Source of the DNA: Mobula hypostoma
Lineage: Eukaryota
Reading direction: 5' to 3'
DNA: 64,000 nt
Assembly: GCF_963921235.1 (NCBI RefSeq)
Contig: NC_086107.1
Span: forward strand, 101,372,001-101,436,000
Part shown: piece after piece, positions 11,029 to 24,924 of the stretch
Position numbering within the stretch: the stretch's first letter is position 1
Layout of the letters: each line of letters starts with the position of its first letter
Translations under genes and position numbers: made by a program
The notes under the pieces: model-generated
Database searches by the model: none
The model's input: the letters and a program-made list of their open reading frames with translations, nothing else
What the model was told of the DNA's origin: nothing

Positions 11029-14000
11029 ACAAGACAAAGGAGCAGAAGTAGACCACTTGGCCCATCGAGTCTGCTCTGCAGCTCCCCCATGAGCTAAACT
11101 ATCCACCCATCTAGTTCCAATTTCTGGCCTTTTCCCCATATCCCTTGATACCCTGACTAATTATATAGCTGTCAATCTCCTCCTTAAACACCCTCAATGA
11201 TCGGGCTTCCACAGCTGTATGTGGCAATGAATTCCACAAATCCACAACCCTCTGGCTAAAAAATTTCTTCTCATCTCTGTTTTAACTGGGTACCCTCTAA
11301 TTCTAAGACTGTGGCCTCTTGTCCTGGACTCACCCACCAGGGAAACAACCTTTCCACATCTACTCTGTCCAGGCCTTTCAACATTCGAAATGTTTCTATG
11401 AGATCCCCTCTCATTCTTCTATACTCTAATGAATACAGTCCAAGAGCTGACAAACGCTCCTCATATGTTAGCCCCTGCATTCCAGGAATCATCCTCATAA
11501 GTCTTCTCTGAACTCTCTCCAACATCAGTATATCCTTTCTAAGATAGGGGGCCCAAAACTGCACACAGTATTCCAAATGAGGTCTCACCAATGCCCCATA
11601 GAGCCTCATCAACACCTCCTTACTCTTATACACTATTCCTCTTGAAATGAATGCCAACATAGCATCTGCTTTCCTTACTGCCAATCCAACTTGGTGGTTA
11701 ACCTTTAGGGTGTCCTGCACGAGGACCGCCAAGTCCCTTTGCACTTCCGATTTTTGAATTTTCTCCCCATCTAAATAATAATCTGCCCGATTATTTCTTC
11801 TTCCAAAATGTACAACCGTACATTTGTCAACGTTGTATCTCATCTGCCATTTCTTTGCCCACTATCCCAGACTGACTAAGTCTCTCTGCAGCCTTTCCGT
11901 TTCTTCAACATTTCCTGCTCCTCCACCTATCTTGGTGTCATCCGCAAATTTAGCCACAAAACCATTTAATCCATAATCCAAATCATCGATATACATTGTA
12001 AAAAGAAGCGGCCCCAACACCGACCCCTGCGGAACACCACTAGTAACCGGCAACCAATCAGAATAGGATCCCTTTATTCCCACCCTTTGCTTTCTGCCTA
12101 TCAGCCAGTGCTCCACCCATTTCAATATCTTTCCTATAATTCCATGGGCTCTCATCTTATTAAGCAGCCTCATATGCGGCACCTTATCGAAGGCCTTTTG
12201 AAAATCCAAATACACAACATCCACAGCCTCTCCCTTGTCAATCTTATTCGAGATTACCTCAAAAAATTCCAATAGGTTGGTGAGGCAGGATCTTCCCTTC
12301 ATGAAACCATGCTGGCTTCGGCCTATCTTGTCATGCACTTCGAGGTATTTCATAACCTCGTCCTTGAGGATTGACTCCAATATCTTTCCAACTACCGATG
12401 TCAGACTAATAGGTCTGTAATTTTCTTTTTGCTGCCTCCTTCCTTTCTTAAATAGCGGAACTATATTTGCAACCTTCCAGTCCTCCGGAACCATGCCAGA
12501 GTCTATTGATTCCTGGAAGATCATTTCCAATGCTTCCACAATCTCCAAAGCCACCTCCTTCAGAACCCTTGGGTGCACCTCATCCGGACCGGGAGACTTA
12601 TCTGTTCTTAGTCCACTTAGCTTCCCAAGCACTTTCTCTCTAGTAATCTTGACTGTACCTAATTCTATTCCCTGATACCTCTGGCTATCAGGTATATTGC
12701 TCATGTCTTCCGCTGTGAAGACTGATGCAAAATACTCATTCAGTTCCTCCGCCATCTCTTTGTTATCCATTATAATTTCTCCAGCATCATTTTCAATCAG
12801 TCCCGTATCTACCCTTGTCACTCTTTTACTCTTCATATATTTAAAAAATCTCTTAGTATCCTTTTTTATGTTAATCGCCAACCTCCTTTCATAATTCATC
12901 TTTACTTTCCTAATGACTTTCTTAGTTTCCTTCTGTAAGTTTTTAAAAGTCTTCCAGTCCTCATTTTTCCCACTAATTTTTGCTACCTTGTACGCCATTT
13001 CTTTTGCTTTTATTTCTGCCTTAACCTCTCTCGTTAGCCACATTTGTGCCATTTTTCCATTCATGATTTTCTTTTTTCTTGGAATATATTTTTCCTGCAT
13101 TTTCCTTATTTCTTGTAGGAATTTCATCCAATTCTGCTCTGCCGTCCCTCCATTTAGCTTACTTTTCCAATCGACTTGGACCAGTTCCTCTCTCATACCA
13201 CTGTAATTTCCCCTGTTCCACTGAAATATCGATACACCTGATACCAGCTTCTCCTTTTCAAATTTGAAACTGAACTCAATCATATTATGATCACTACTTC
13301 CAAGAGGTTCCTTTACCTCCAGCTCCCTAATCTCCTCAGGTTCATTACACAGCACCCAATCCAAAACAGCCGGTCCCCTGGTGGGCTTCTGGACAAGCTG
13401 CTCCAAAAAGCCATCCTGTAGGCATTCTACAAACTCCCTCTCCTGAGATCCATTACCTTCCTGACTTTCCCAATCCACTTTCATATTAAAATCCCCCATA
13501 ATTATCTTGACATTTTCCTTCTGACATGCTTTTTCTATTTCCAGCTGCAACTTGTAGTCCACATCCCGGCTGCTGTTTGGAGGCCCGTATAAAACTACTA
13601 TTAGTGTCTTTTTACCCTTGCCATTTCTTAATTCTACCCATAAGGATTCTACCTCTTCTGATCCTATGTCCCTTCTTTCTATTGATTTGATATCGTTACT
13701 TACCATCAGGGCCACGCCACCCCCTTTACCTACCTTCCTATCCTTCCTGTACACTGTGTATTCTGGGATATTCAGCTCCCAATCACATCCATCATTTAGC
13801 CATGACTCAGTGATGGCCACAATGTCATATCCTTTAACCTGCAGCTGTGCAGCAAGGTCATCCACTTTATTTCTAATACTGCGTGCATTTAAGTATAGTA
13901 CATTTAGATCAGTATCTGCTGCCGATTTTGCTATATTTCTATCTTGTAGCAAATTATCCTGTGTATTCACCGGCCTGTCCTTCTTGCCATCTTTGCTGCA

Positions 14001-14158
14001 CAGTATTTTTGACTTATTTCTATTTTCCTCTTCCTCGACCCTAACACCTTGGTTTCCTTCCCCTTGCCAACTTAGTTTAAACCCTCCCTAACAGCTATAT
14101 TAAACAATCCCGCTAGGATATTAGTACCTTTTGGGTTCAGGTGTAATCCATCTTTTTG
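11029..14158 (-). mobile_element. Young CR1 LINE, 5'-truncated within ORF1
   Basis: ORF1 C-terminus QKDGLHLNPKGTNILAGLFNIAVREGLN* (SGNH-esterase-like DxxH) at ~14075-14158; complete ORF2; CR1 3' UTR to ~11030. Confidence 0.95.
11271..13970 (-). pseudogene. CR1 ORF2 (APE endonuclease + reverse transcriptase) with one in-frame stop (11862-11864) and a late frameshift (~11340)
   Basis: Motifs LNARSIRNK, GDFN, SDH, NYRPISLTS, QGSVLGP, FADDTK, LVRPHLEYC; the 702-aa and 190-aa ORFs are in the same frame, 18 nt apart. Confidence 0.93.
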
Positions 14159-17100
14159 GGACCATAGACATGCCTGTTATTTCTCCTCTTTGTACCCGTC
14201 GATGGAAATACACTTGTGTTCAGTAATGGTCTTTTGGAATTTCAGTCTCCTTTTGCTCAATGGGTGAAGCGATATTGAAACTGTGTCTTAGGCAAGATGC
14301 CCAAATGCAATTTAAACTGCAGATTACAAAAGTACGCCGAGGGATTGCGTTTATGTAGCAACTTTAATGGAGGGACTTCTTACACGTGTTACCAACTAAA
14401 TTTGATGAGGAAGCCAGCTAGGAGATCTTACGCCGATGATACTTGGCAGGTTTTACAAGCACCAGTGGAAGACCAAGAGATGGAGATGGAGAGGGTTAAG
14501 GACGGAGTTTGGCCTCTGGGGCTTGGGCTGCGAAAGGACAACCAGAGTACGGGTAGGTTTCAGGGATGGAGTAGGTTACTGAGGTCGACACAGGTTTCCG
14601 GCCTGCTGTCACAGATACCTCAAAGGTCGTAGGAGCTGGAGGAGAGGGTTAAAGAATATATATGAGAAAAACCTGATGTTCCAGCAATTAGTGTTTTCAG
14701 AAGCACCAAATAAATCACTGTGAGCTGTTTACTGAAGGGAATGCCTGGGACTGGTAAATTAATGAGTGTATTCGGGAAAGGTGAGGTTGGCGTTAGGAGC
14801 TCAGAGGCCTGGGATCGGAGAGAGTGATACAATAATGTTAATCCCTAGTATCTCCATGTGTTCCAAGACACAAAGGTGCAATATAAATATTACGGTCTCC
14901 TATTTCCTTGATGTACTGTATAACTGGAGGAGCAGTGGAGGGGCACGTCTGAACAGGCCCAAAAAAAAAAGCAGGACAGAAGAGGGAACATCAAATCACA
15001 GTAATATCTCATATGTCACCTTTGTGGTAAAATACATCTCCCTAACATCAGTTACAAAGCCACCTTAATGCCTACCAAACCCACGAACAGTCGGACTCGA
15101 CATTACTGAAATAATGCAAATATAAACAAAAGATTGTCTTTATGGAAAGCCTTTCACATCTGCCTAACACACCAATGCTCCCTGCAGCCTCTGAATACAC
15201 TTCAAAAGTACTTCAACGCCTTACTGTAGTTAACACAGCAGCAGACTTATGCATGGCAAGCTGCCATGGCTAACAATATTCCTGTGATGGTAATTGGGAG
15301 AGAATTGTCTGGGACACCAGAGAAAGTCCCTTTGCTCATCCACATGTAGGAAGAGAATATTCATTGAATAGACACCAGTACCATAGAATGGAGACCAATA
15401 CTGTACTGTACCTGTCCCATGGGATAGAGCACTGTTGCATACAATTCAATGGAATAGAGGCATGTTCTTAGGCTGGAGAGCACTCCAGTTGTATGGAATC
15501 CTATCTCATTGGAAGGATGTCTGAAGTCATAGTGGAGACCTCTCCCACTGGTTAGGGACCGTCCACAGAAAGGAGATCTTGCCCAACATATTACAACATG
15601 TAATTACCGTTGAATGGACACTGCCTGTAAGATGGAGATTTACCCTGTTCTGTCAAGTTTCACCTATTGAATAAAGATATTTCCAATTGGTTTCTGATAG
15701 GACTCAAACTTATCTCATTGATTGCTGACAGGTCTCCTAGAACAGAGGCTTGTCCCATCGGATGTAGATCAATACCACAGGTCATCTGCCTACTGTGTTG
15801 TAAGGATACATTGCATAGAGTAACAACCTTATCAGTTCAATGACCCATAGGCTGCAGAGAGGGCCCATTGAGTGATGTATCCACAGAAGGGATTACTATC
15901 CCCTGGATGGAAACCTTTCCCAAGAACATCAAGTTCCATTTGGGTAGAGACCCGGCTCACTGGGTTAACACTTATCCTAATGAAAAGGAAACATTTTCCG
16001 TTAGTTTATGATTAACCCTATGAGAATCTGCTGGGTGCAGACCTATGCCACTGAATGGAGAGGTGCTCCAAAGTGTGGAGTGCTGCCCAAATCTGTCCTA
16101 AAGGAAAAAAGACCAAACCATGTTCGGGAGACTTAACCCATTAGATGGGGAGTGGTGGTCCAGGATAGTGATCACGACAGTAGGTAGAAGACCTGCTCCA
16201 TAAGAGAGATGCCTATATGGAAACTAATCACTGGAGTAATCCCACATGGTGCAGACTACATGCATCAGATAGAAACCAATCATATAGAGTGGAGATGGGT
16301 CCGTGAGATGAGACAAATCCCATGAAAAGTGTTTCTATTAAGGAGATACTTTTTCATCAAATATAGAATGATTCCATTTATACAGACTTGTCAATACAAC
16401 AGAGAATCTTGATAAGCTGGAACTCTGTGCATGGGACGTTAGCCCCCCCCCCCCACCAAGTGGTGAAACCTTGCTCTCTATGGGTGGAGACATATCCAAC
16501 AGAAGAACGGGTGTGCAGAATTGAGACAGTCCACTTGAATGGAGGCCTCTCCCATTGGATAAAGGGCTGTCCCATAAGTTGAAGGCCCATCTAATTGAAT
16601 GAACACTTGTCTCAAACACTGGAAGACTTTCACACATGGGGTAGATCCTAGCCTATATAATGGACATCTTTCCCATTGGGTTGAGATATTTCTACAGATT
16701 CCCTCGCCACAGCCCCCTTCCCCTGGGATGTAGACCTGCCCCTGGAGAGATCAGATCCTGCAAGAAAGACCTGCTGCAATGAGAACTGTCCATGTCATGG
16801 AGGTCTTCCAAGAGTTGTAATCTGTTGGTCTCTCCACAGGATATGGTCCTGTCCATCAGAATGAACACTTACCTGTAATGGGTGACCTCTCCCACACAAT
16901 GATGGTCAGTCCATTACGTGTTCACTCATCACAATACAGAAACCATGCCATTGAATTGAAACCTATTCAAGTTGATAGGGAATGGTGTCATAAGACAGTG
17001 ACTTGACAGTGACTCAAATTGGTTCTGCCCATAATAAGCAAACCTGTTCCATTAGATGGAGACCTGTACAAAGGGTGCAGAACTCTGACTGGTTGGAGAG

Positions 17101-18019
17101 CCCTCCCTCTGGACAATGACTATATTAGGGAGGTTTAGCCAACTGGCTGAAGACCTGACACATCAGAAGGAGGCTAACTTGATTGGATGGAGGCCCTTTC
17201 AAAGATTCATCAGTGAGCAGTTCTGAAATGATAGACATTAATCCTACAGAATGTAGACTTGAGTGCAGGATGTAGGCTGATGTAATGATATGGAGACCTG
17301 CTCCATGAGATGGAGACCTACTCATAAATTGTAGACTAACCACACTGGTTGGAAAGCTGTGAAATATTGGAGAATGGTTGATAGATTGGAACTCGCCTGG
17401 AGGACAAGAACCAGTCCTGTTGGAAGAAGACCTGGTCCATGGAGAGATGACATGCTCCATTAGATGAAGTCATCTCTCAGTGGATGCAACCCCTGTCCTG
17501 TAGGATGGACATGCGCTTCATACAATGGGTGCCTGACTGAATGATGAAGATTGGTTCCACTGGTTGGAGAGCAGTGGCTTGAGTGGAGATGAGATCCACA
17601 GGATAACATCTAGGCTCAATAATAAAGACCCATCTCATTGGACAGAGACACAATGATAATGATTATGTTCTGTCCCATTGAATTGTCACTCCCTTGAAGA
17701 TGTAACCTTGTCTGTTTTGGTGGAGGTGTATTCCACCACCATAGAAACCTGTCTGATGAAATAAGGACCTGTCCCATGGGACAAAGACAAATGCCATATT
17801 ATAATGCAGGATGAAGAGTTATTCTTCAGGTAGATGATCTGTCATCTGAGGTAAGAAGAGGATATCTCCTTGAGTCAGAAAGAAGTATCACAGAATGGAG
17901 ATAATCAATCTTATGTTCATGAAACATCTCACTGCATGGATGCCAGTCCAATAAGTTGGAGATCTTTCCCACAGAATGGATATCTGACAATGGGACTGAA
18001 ATATGTTGAGAGGGACTGT

Positions 18020-18160
18020 ACTGGGCAGGTGGTAGAGCTGCAGCAACATAGGGGTTCAATCCTAAACTCGGGTGCTGAATGTGTAGAGTTTACTTGTTCA
18101 CCAGTGTCCACGTGGGTTTCCTCTGGTGCTGCACTTTCCTTGCACATCCCAAACACTGAC
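18020..18160 (+). mobile_element. V-SINE fragment inserted in the 20-bp array
   Basis: GGGTTCAATCC B-box and CGTGGGTTTCCTCTGGTGCT core. Confidence 0.7.
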
Positions 18161-19443
18161 GCGTTATCTGTACCATTGGATGGAGACCTATTCCTCAGAC
18201 AGAAACTTGGAGCTGCCCATCGGATGGCGAGCTTCCAGATGAAAGAGACCTGTAAAACATCTTTGCCATGGGATAGTGACAATCCCTATGGATAAAGGTA
18301 TGTCCAGAATATTATCCTTCAGGATGGAGATCAGACATGTGGAATGGAGATTGGTCCATTGAATAATGAACTAGCCATGGAATCTGTCTTGGAGGGAGAC
18401 TTATTCCAGAGAATGGAGGACAATTCCGCATGATGGAATGCTACAACACATATGCTGCAACATGTAGACCCTGATCATTGGATGGGGGGACCTGTTGATA
18501 GATTGAGTCATTTCTCATCATAAAATGGATAAATCACACAAAAAAAATATCTGTCCCACTTGAAGGACTCATCTCTCAGACGGATACCTGTCAATATGGA
18601 CATGGAACAATCTCACACAAAGCTGATCAAACCCTTTGGAAGGAAGCTTGCCTCACTGATGGGCTTGTCTCTGATTAATAAATCCTAATAATGGAAACCT
18701 GTTCCATTTAATGGAGATTTACCCCATTAAATACAGAGCTGTTCCATTAGTTGGTGATCTCCTGCATAGAAATCTCCTGCATAGAATGGAGGCTTCTCTG
18801 TGTGGAATAAAGTTGTGTCTCAGGGGAAAGAGATTTAGGATACAGACCTGTTGTATGATCTGGCGGAGCTTCTGTTGGACAAAACCCCATCCCACAGACG
18901 TTACACAGGAGACTCCATGGGCATCATTGGGTGGAGATCCCTGCCTCTGATTGAACATCTCTCCATATAATGGAGACCTGTTCCATTCAATTAATATTAA
19001 TCCACAGGTCTGAGATGATAACAGCCCCAGCCCATGGGTTAGGATCTGCCTGTAGAATGTAGAACAATTCCTGAGGATGAAGAACTCTCCACAGGATGAA
19101 AATTAGATGTATAGGATCACATGAAGTGCCTTTGTGAGAGAGAACTTACTATGAATGGAGATCCATAGATTGGAGAATTGCCTTACAAGATGAAGATATC
19201 TATGTGAAGGAGGGCTGCTTCATTGATGGATCTCTGTGAGATAGGGAAGGCACCAATAGCAGAGGATAAAGTCCTATCTACCCTTTCAGATGAAGATCTG
19301 TCTGCTAAGATACAGCAAAACACCATTGGAAAGAGATGTCCCATGGAATGAAGACTTGTTTGTTTGGAAGATGACCTAAGTGCTGAATAGTAACTCATAG
19401 GACGGAGAACTGTGGTCTTGCACTGTGACCAGTCCCCCTACAC

Positions 19444-19523
19444 CAGGGGTTCCCAAACTGGGGTCTACAGACACCTCAGTTAATGGTAGGGGCCCATGGC
19501 ATAAAAAAAGTTGGGAACCCCTG
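19444..19523. mobile_element. hAT-type MITE (same family as 2786-2865)
   Basis: TIRs CAGGGGTTCCCAA / TTGGGAACCCCTG; TSD not preserved. Confidence 0.8.
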
Positions 19524-19804
19524 TATTAGGTGGACAGCTCTCTATAGCGTTGAGGTGAACTGCGCAACGGAGGATAGTATGGTGTGTAGATGCAGAGGAT
19601 GGAACACAATTGGTAGTGGAGAAGGAAGATGATCCAAAGTGTGCAGACCTGTATGTATGAGGAATCCTGATCCACAGCAGTTGGTACTATCCTTTAGGAA
19701 TGTAACAGCTTAATGTCATCCTTCCTATAGCAGGCTGAACAAAACTGAACACCAAATTTGACTTCACCAATGTTTTGGACACTTCTTAGTGTGGCACCTG
19801 TTTC

Positions 19805-22116
19805 CTTTTTTGTAATTTATTTTTTATTGAAGTTCATCATCAAACAAAACTTTCCATAAGATGTATTTCAGATACTGTACATATATATCATATAGTCATA
19901 TTTGTCACAAATCTCCACATAATATTTATCTGAGGTATACACATAGAAAAGAGAGGAAAGAAAGATCAATCGAAAGAAGAAAACTATGTACAAAGTAGGG
20001 AGTGATCTTTTTTTTTTACAACATATTCATTGACATGTGAGAATAAAATCAGGCCTATGAGGTTTTATGTAATTAACCATCTTTCCCATATGAATCAAAT
20101 TGTTCGAACTTATGATTAGCAGATGCTGTTATCTTCTCCATTTTGTAAATGTCCATTGTAATTTCCATCCATACATTTAAAGTTGGGCTCTCCTGTGATA
20201 ACTATTTCCTGGTAAGGGTTTTCTTTACCAGCCACCAGCAGTATATTCATTAAATATTTATCTCTTTTCAACCATTCTTGAGGTATATACCCAAAATATA
20301 TGGTCTTATTTTCTAAGGGTATTTCACATTTAAAGATGTCTTGTAGGGCATTGTGTATCCCATTCCAATAGTCTTTGATAACGGGGCATTCCCAGAAAAT
20401 ATGATAATGGTTTGTATTTTGATTTCCATAATTTCTCCAGCAAACAGGGAAGTTACTATCACAATGGGATTTCTGAGAGGGTGTAATCAAATATCTTACC
20501 AAGTTTTTCCACCCGAACTCCCTCCATTTCTGTGAACTGGTACACTTCCATTGATACCTCCATATTATTGTCCATTCTTCCTCAGAGATCATTATCCCTC
20601 CTTCCTTATCCCATTTTGTTTTAATGTATGAAGTCGAATGTGTTTTAAGATTTAACAAACCCTTATACATGCTTGAAATTATTCTACTACCATTGTCTGA
20701 ATTATATGCTTTTCTAAATAGCTCTATCAAACATGTACTTGCCTTGGTTACATTTTTAACCATCCTATTAACATACTGTCACATCTGTAAATATCGATAA
20801 AAGTCTTGTTTTTCTAGTAAGTGTTTCTCTTTGAGCATTTCAAAACTGAACAGTGTTCCTTCTTTCATTATATTGCAAGTAGGTGTTATTCCTTTAGCTG
20901 TCCAGTCCTTAAATCTAGCATCCAGTTTATTCAGCGTAAAATCCAAGTCATATGCACACCATTTAAGAATTGCAATGTCTCTCTCTAGTTTATATTCTTT
21001 TATAATAGTTTTCCATATTTTAAGAAGCCATTTCACCCATGGGTTATCAATAGTATTTATGTAATTTTGTAGGTTGTTATCAGCCAAAATTGCCTGTATG
21101 GGGATGGAAAGTATCCCCTCCTCAATGTTTTGCCATTGAGGGCCATATGATAGGTTGCACCTGTATATCACATTCTCAACTGTGCTGCAAAATAGTAATC
21201 TGTAAGAGAAGGTAGGCCCCATCCCCCCTTTTCCTTTGCTAATTGCAAAGTTTTGAGATGAATTCTAGGCCTTTTACCTTGCCATATATATCTTGATAGC
21301 ATCTTGTTCCATTCATTGAATTGATTTTGGTTAATCTCTATTGGTAGGGTCTGAAAGAGCTATAGTAGTCTGGGCGGTATATTCATTTTAATAGATTGAA
21401 TCCTTGAACTAAGATAGAAAAGGAATTAGGTTCCGTCTTGTTATATCTTCTTTAATTTTTTTATATATAGGCTGATAATTGCATTCTGATAATTTTGCTA
21501 AATCTTTTGGTGTAATGATGCCCAAATATTTGACAGACTCTGTTTGCCATGCCCAAGGATATCTACCTTCAATTTCTCATGGTGGGCTACAGTTATATGA
21601 AAGTAGTTGGGTTTTATCTATGTTGATCTTGTATCCTGATAATTGGCCATATTGTTCAAAGGATTGCATCAAATTAGGTAAAGAGTATGTTGGTTGCCCT
21701 AGACAGATCAAAATGTCATCTGCGTAACAGGCCAATTTATGTTCTGTCCCTTTAATAGTAATTCCCCTGATATCTTCATTTTGTCTGATGTGTTGAGCTA
21801 ATGGTTCCAGATATAATGCGAAGAGTAGCAGTGACCATACACAACCCTTTCTCATGCCCCTTTCTAGGATAAAACTATTAGATAAATATCCATTGATTTA
21901 AATCCTAGCAGTAGGATTGTCATATAGTGCCTGTATAGTTCTAATAATTGTGTCATGTAGACCAAATCTATGTAAAATTCTGTAAAGAAAATTACAATTA
22001 ACCAAATCAAATGCCTTTTCAGTGTCCACGCTTATCACTACTGCTTAAATTTCACTTTTTATATGATCCATGATGTGAAGTGTCCTTCGCATATTGTCTT
22101 GTGTTTGGTGTTGTTG
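19805..22116 (-). mobile_element. 5'-truncated L1-clade LINE with a 16-bp TSD
   Basis: RT motif [22 protein letters not shown]-terminal CWRN..HIFWECP; A-rich tail at 19805; TSD GTGTGGCACC(T/G)GTTTC at 19789-19804 and 22117-22132. Confidence 0.9.
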
Positions 22117-22236
22117 GTGTGGCACCGGTTTCATAGAATGGAGGTGTGTTCTGAGTCTAAAGATCTGATGTGCAGGAAGCAGACCTCTTTCAATAAGATG
22201 GATATCTGTCCAATAGGATGGAGACCTTAATCATAT

Positions 22237-22520
22237 TGGGGCACTACGGTAGCGTAACAATTAGCTCTGGGCATCAGAGTTTAGAGTTCAACTCCAGCAT
22301 CCTCTGTACATTCTCCATGCATGGGTTTCCTCCGGGTGCTCTGGTTTCCTCCCACAGTCCAAAGGTGTACAGGTAGGTTAATTGGTCATTGTAAATTGTC
22401 CCGTGATTAGGTTCGGGTTTAATTGGAGTTTTCGGGGGTTGCTGGAACGGCGCAGCTTGAAGGGCTGGAAAGGCCGGCTCCACACTTTATTTCTAATTAA
22501 AAAATATAAATCAATAAAAT
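22237..22520 (+). mobile_element. V-SINE inserted in the 20-bp array
   Basis: tRNA-like head, V core and A-rich tail. Confidence 0.8.
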
Positions 22521-24924
22521 ATGATAGTGGCCTGTTCATTGGATGGAGGTGACTCACAGGGCAACCTATCACATTGGACAGAGGCCTGTCCCAAAAAATG
22601 GATGAAGATCTCTCCTTTTGAATGGAATTATATCCATGATGAACACTCATCCAGGGATATGATGAAAATAGGAAAGTGTCTCATAAAATGGAAACCAGTC
22701 CCATAGATTATATGACTAACTTTGAGAGAGAGAGAGAGCTCTCCTACAGGTTAAGGATAGAACCTTTGGAAAGGGACATCTTATTCGATAGAGATCTCTC
22801 ATGGTGGTTTGAGATTTGTTCCTATGATGAAGACCTGTTCCATACAATGTAGATCAGTTTCTTTGTATGTAGGGCAACTAACGTTCCATAGGATGGAAAC
22901 GTGTCCCCATGGAGTGGTAAAGTATTCTTCTGGATAATAACCTCTCATGGAGATCAATCCCATTGGATGCAAAACTATCCAGATGTCAGCATTCCTTTCC
23001 AGGGGTGGTGATCTATTCATAGGATGGAGACCTCACACGAGATGGGGATTTTCCCAAACGTTGGAGACCAATTTATAGGATGGAGAATCATCTGATGCAG
23101 GGAAGCATAGAGTCATCCACAGGATGGTGAAGTTTTCAAAGGATCCAGATCCACTCTGTGATTTCAGTCATGTAGGATAGACTCTTGTATCATTAGATGG
23201 AGACAAATTCAATGGCATTGGGGGCTCTTGAAGATATGAGGAACTATTCATTGGATGATGATGGAAATCTATCCATAAGGTCATTGGAAAATGCCCCACA
23301 AGAGGGACACCTGTTCCATGGGATGAGAACCTCTGCTGTAGGAATGAAGATGGCTGATGTGAAGACCTTTTGCATTGGATAGACAGCCCTGACCAAAATG
23401 CAGCCATTGAGAACTGTCCTAGGATACAAGATATCCTTTTGCATGAAGACATATCTCATGGGGGAAAAGGAAACTCTCTTTAAGTAGATAACTCTCCTTT
23501 AGTCTTAATAGTGGAAATCTGCTTCATTGCATTGGTACGAACTGGACCACAAGATGATTGTTTCCTGCCTTCTGAATTGTGATTTGTCCATCAGAAATAA
23601 TCCATACCCAAAGGGTGAGTATCTATTTGTGGGACAGTGCCTTGCCTCAGACGTTGTAGGCATTTCCCTTTCGAAGATGATCAGTGTCAGAGAACGGATA
23701 TACAGAGATCTGTTCATTGGATTAAGACCTGCCCATTGAATCAAAGGTTGACCCATTAGATGGAGATCAGTCTCAGGATGAAGACCTTTCCCATTATCTG
23801 GAGAATTTTTCAGCTGGTAACAACTTCTCCCTAGGATGATAATCTGTTCATAGGTGGAGATCAATATCAAAGGTTGAAGCCCCTTCCAAGGAATGGAAAA
23901 TTATCCCATAGGGTGGAGACATTCCCATCAAAGGAGAACCAAGCAGGGAGGATATGCAAGTGTGTACAGGAATGAAGACCAGACCCACAAGACCTTTATA
24001 TAAATGGGAGTCATGCCTCATATGATGGAGACCAGTATATCAGATAAAGACATTCCAAAGGATGAGGAACTGTCTAATTGGATGATAGGATGGGAGTTTG
24101 TCCCATTGGATGGAGCTCCCTCCCATGGGATAGCATTTTGTCATATTGAATAAACATTTAGAAGAAGACCTGTTCCATTTTCTAGCATCTCACCCTCTGG
24201 CTGGAATTATTCATTTATACTGCCGTTGCTTCCATTCACCATGGAATGGAAACTCATGCATCTAATGCAGATCCATTGCCTGGATGGAGAACTGTTTGTA
24301 AGGCCGAGAGCTGGGTCAAAGGACGTAATGTCTTTCATTGGATATTGACCTGTATCAGAGGGTGGTGTTCTCCCCCACTGGTGGGAGTTCTGTCCACATA
24401 TTGGAGATTTATTCTGTCCATGAAATTAAGACATCCACCACTAGATGGCATGTGTTCTGTCACTGTTCTAGTAGTGGGGACATCTCCCCTGGTTTCCCAT
24501 GGGATTTTTCTCTGCCGTCCGTGGGAAGGGACCAGTCCCTTTGGAGAGAGATTTTTTAACAAGTTGGAGAGCAATTCATAGGATGGAGAAATGACCAAAG
24601 ATTCAAAACCAGACTTATAGGCAATATGGGGAGTTTTCATGGGAGGAAGGCCTGCCCCATTGAATAAAGATCTGTTCTATCGGATAGAGATGTTCTTCGG
24701 GTGGTGACCCATCTCATATGGGGAAACATATTTATTTCGAAAGGGACATGCTTTGGTTAGAGAAATTTATTCTCATCTCTTATCCAGTCTTACTTAGAGA
24801 ATCAAATAAAATGCAGATGCTGCAAATCTGAAACACAAACAGAAAACACTGGCAAAACTCAGCAAGTCAGGCAGCAGCTGATGAGAGAGAATGAGTATTG
24901 AGCCTGAGGGAGTGCTTTTAATCA

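Larger units (their letters stand above)
15340..24760. repeat. Highly degenerate tandem array of a 20-bp unit, consensus ~ATGGAGACCTGTCCCATWGG, interrupted by SINEs, a MITE and an L1
   Basis: Consecutive in-register units at 18691-18770: ATGGAAACCTGTTCCATTTA ATGGAGATTTACCCCATTAA ATACAGAGCTGTTCCATTAG TTGGTGATCTCCTGCATAGA; GATGGAGAC/CCCAT recur throughout. Confidence 0.85.

Noticed and set aside
15340..24760. CRISPR-like array or immunoglobulin switch region
   Set aside because: No constant repeats with unique spacers and no cas genes; eukaryotic context; not AGCT/WGCW-rich and no Ig exons seen
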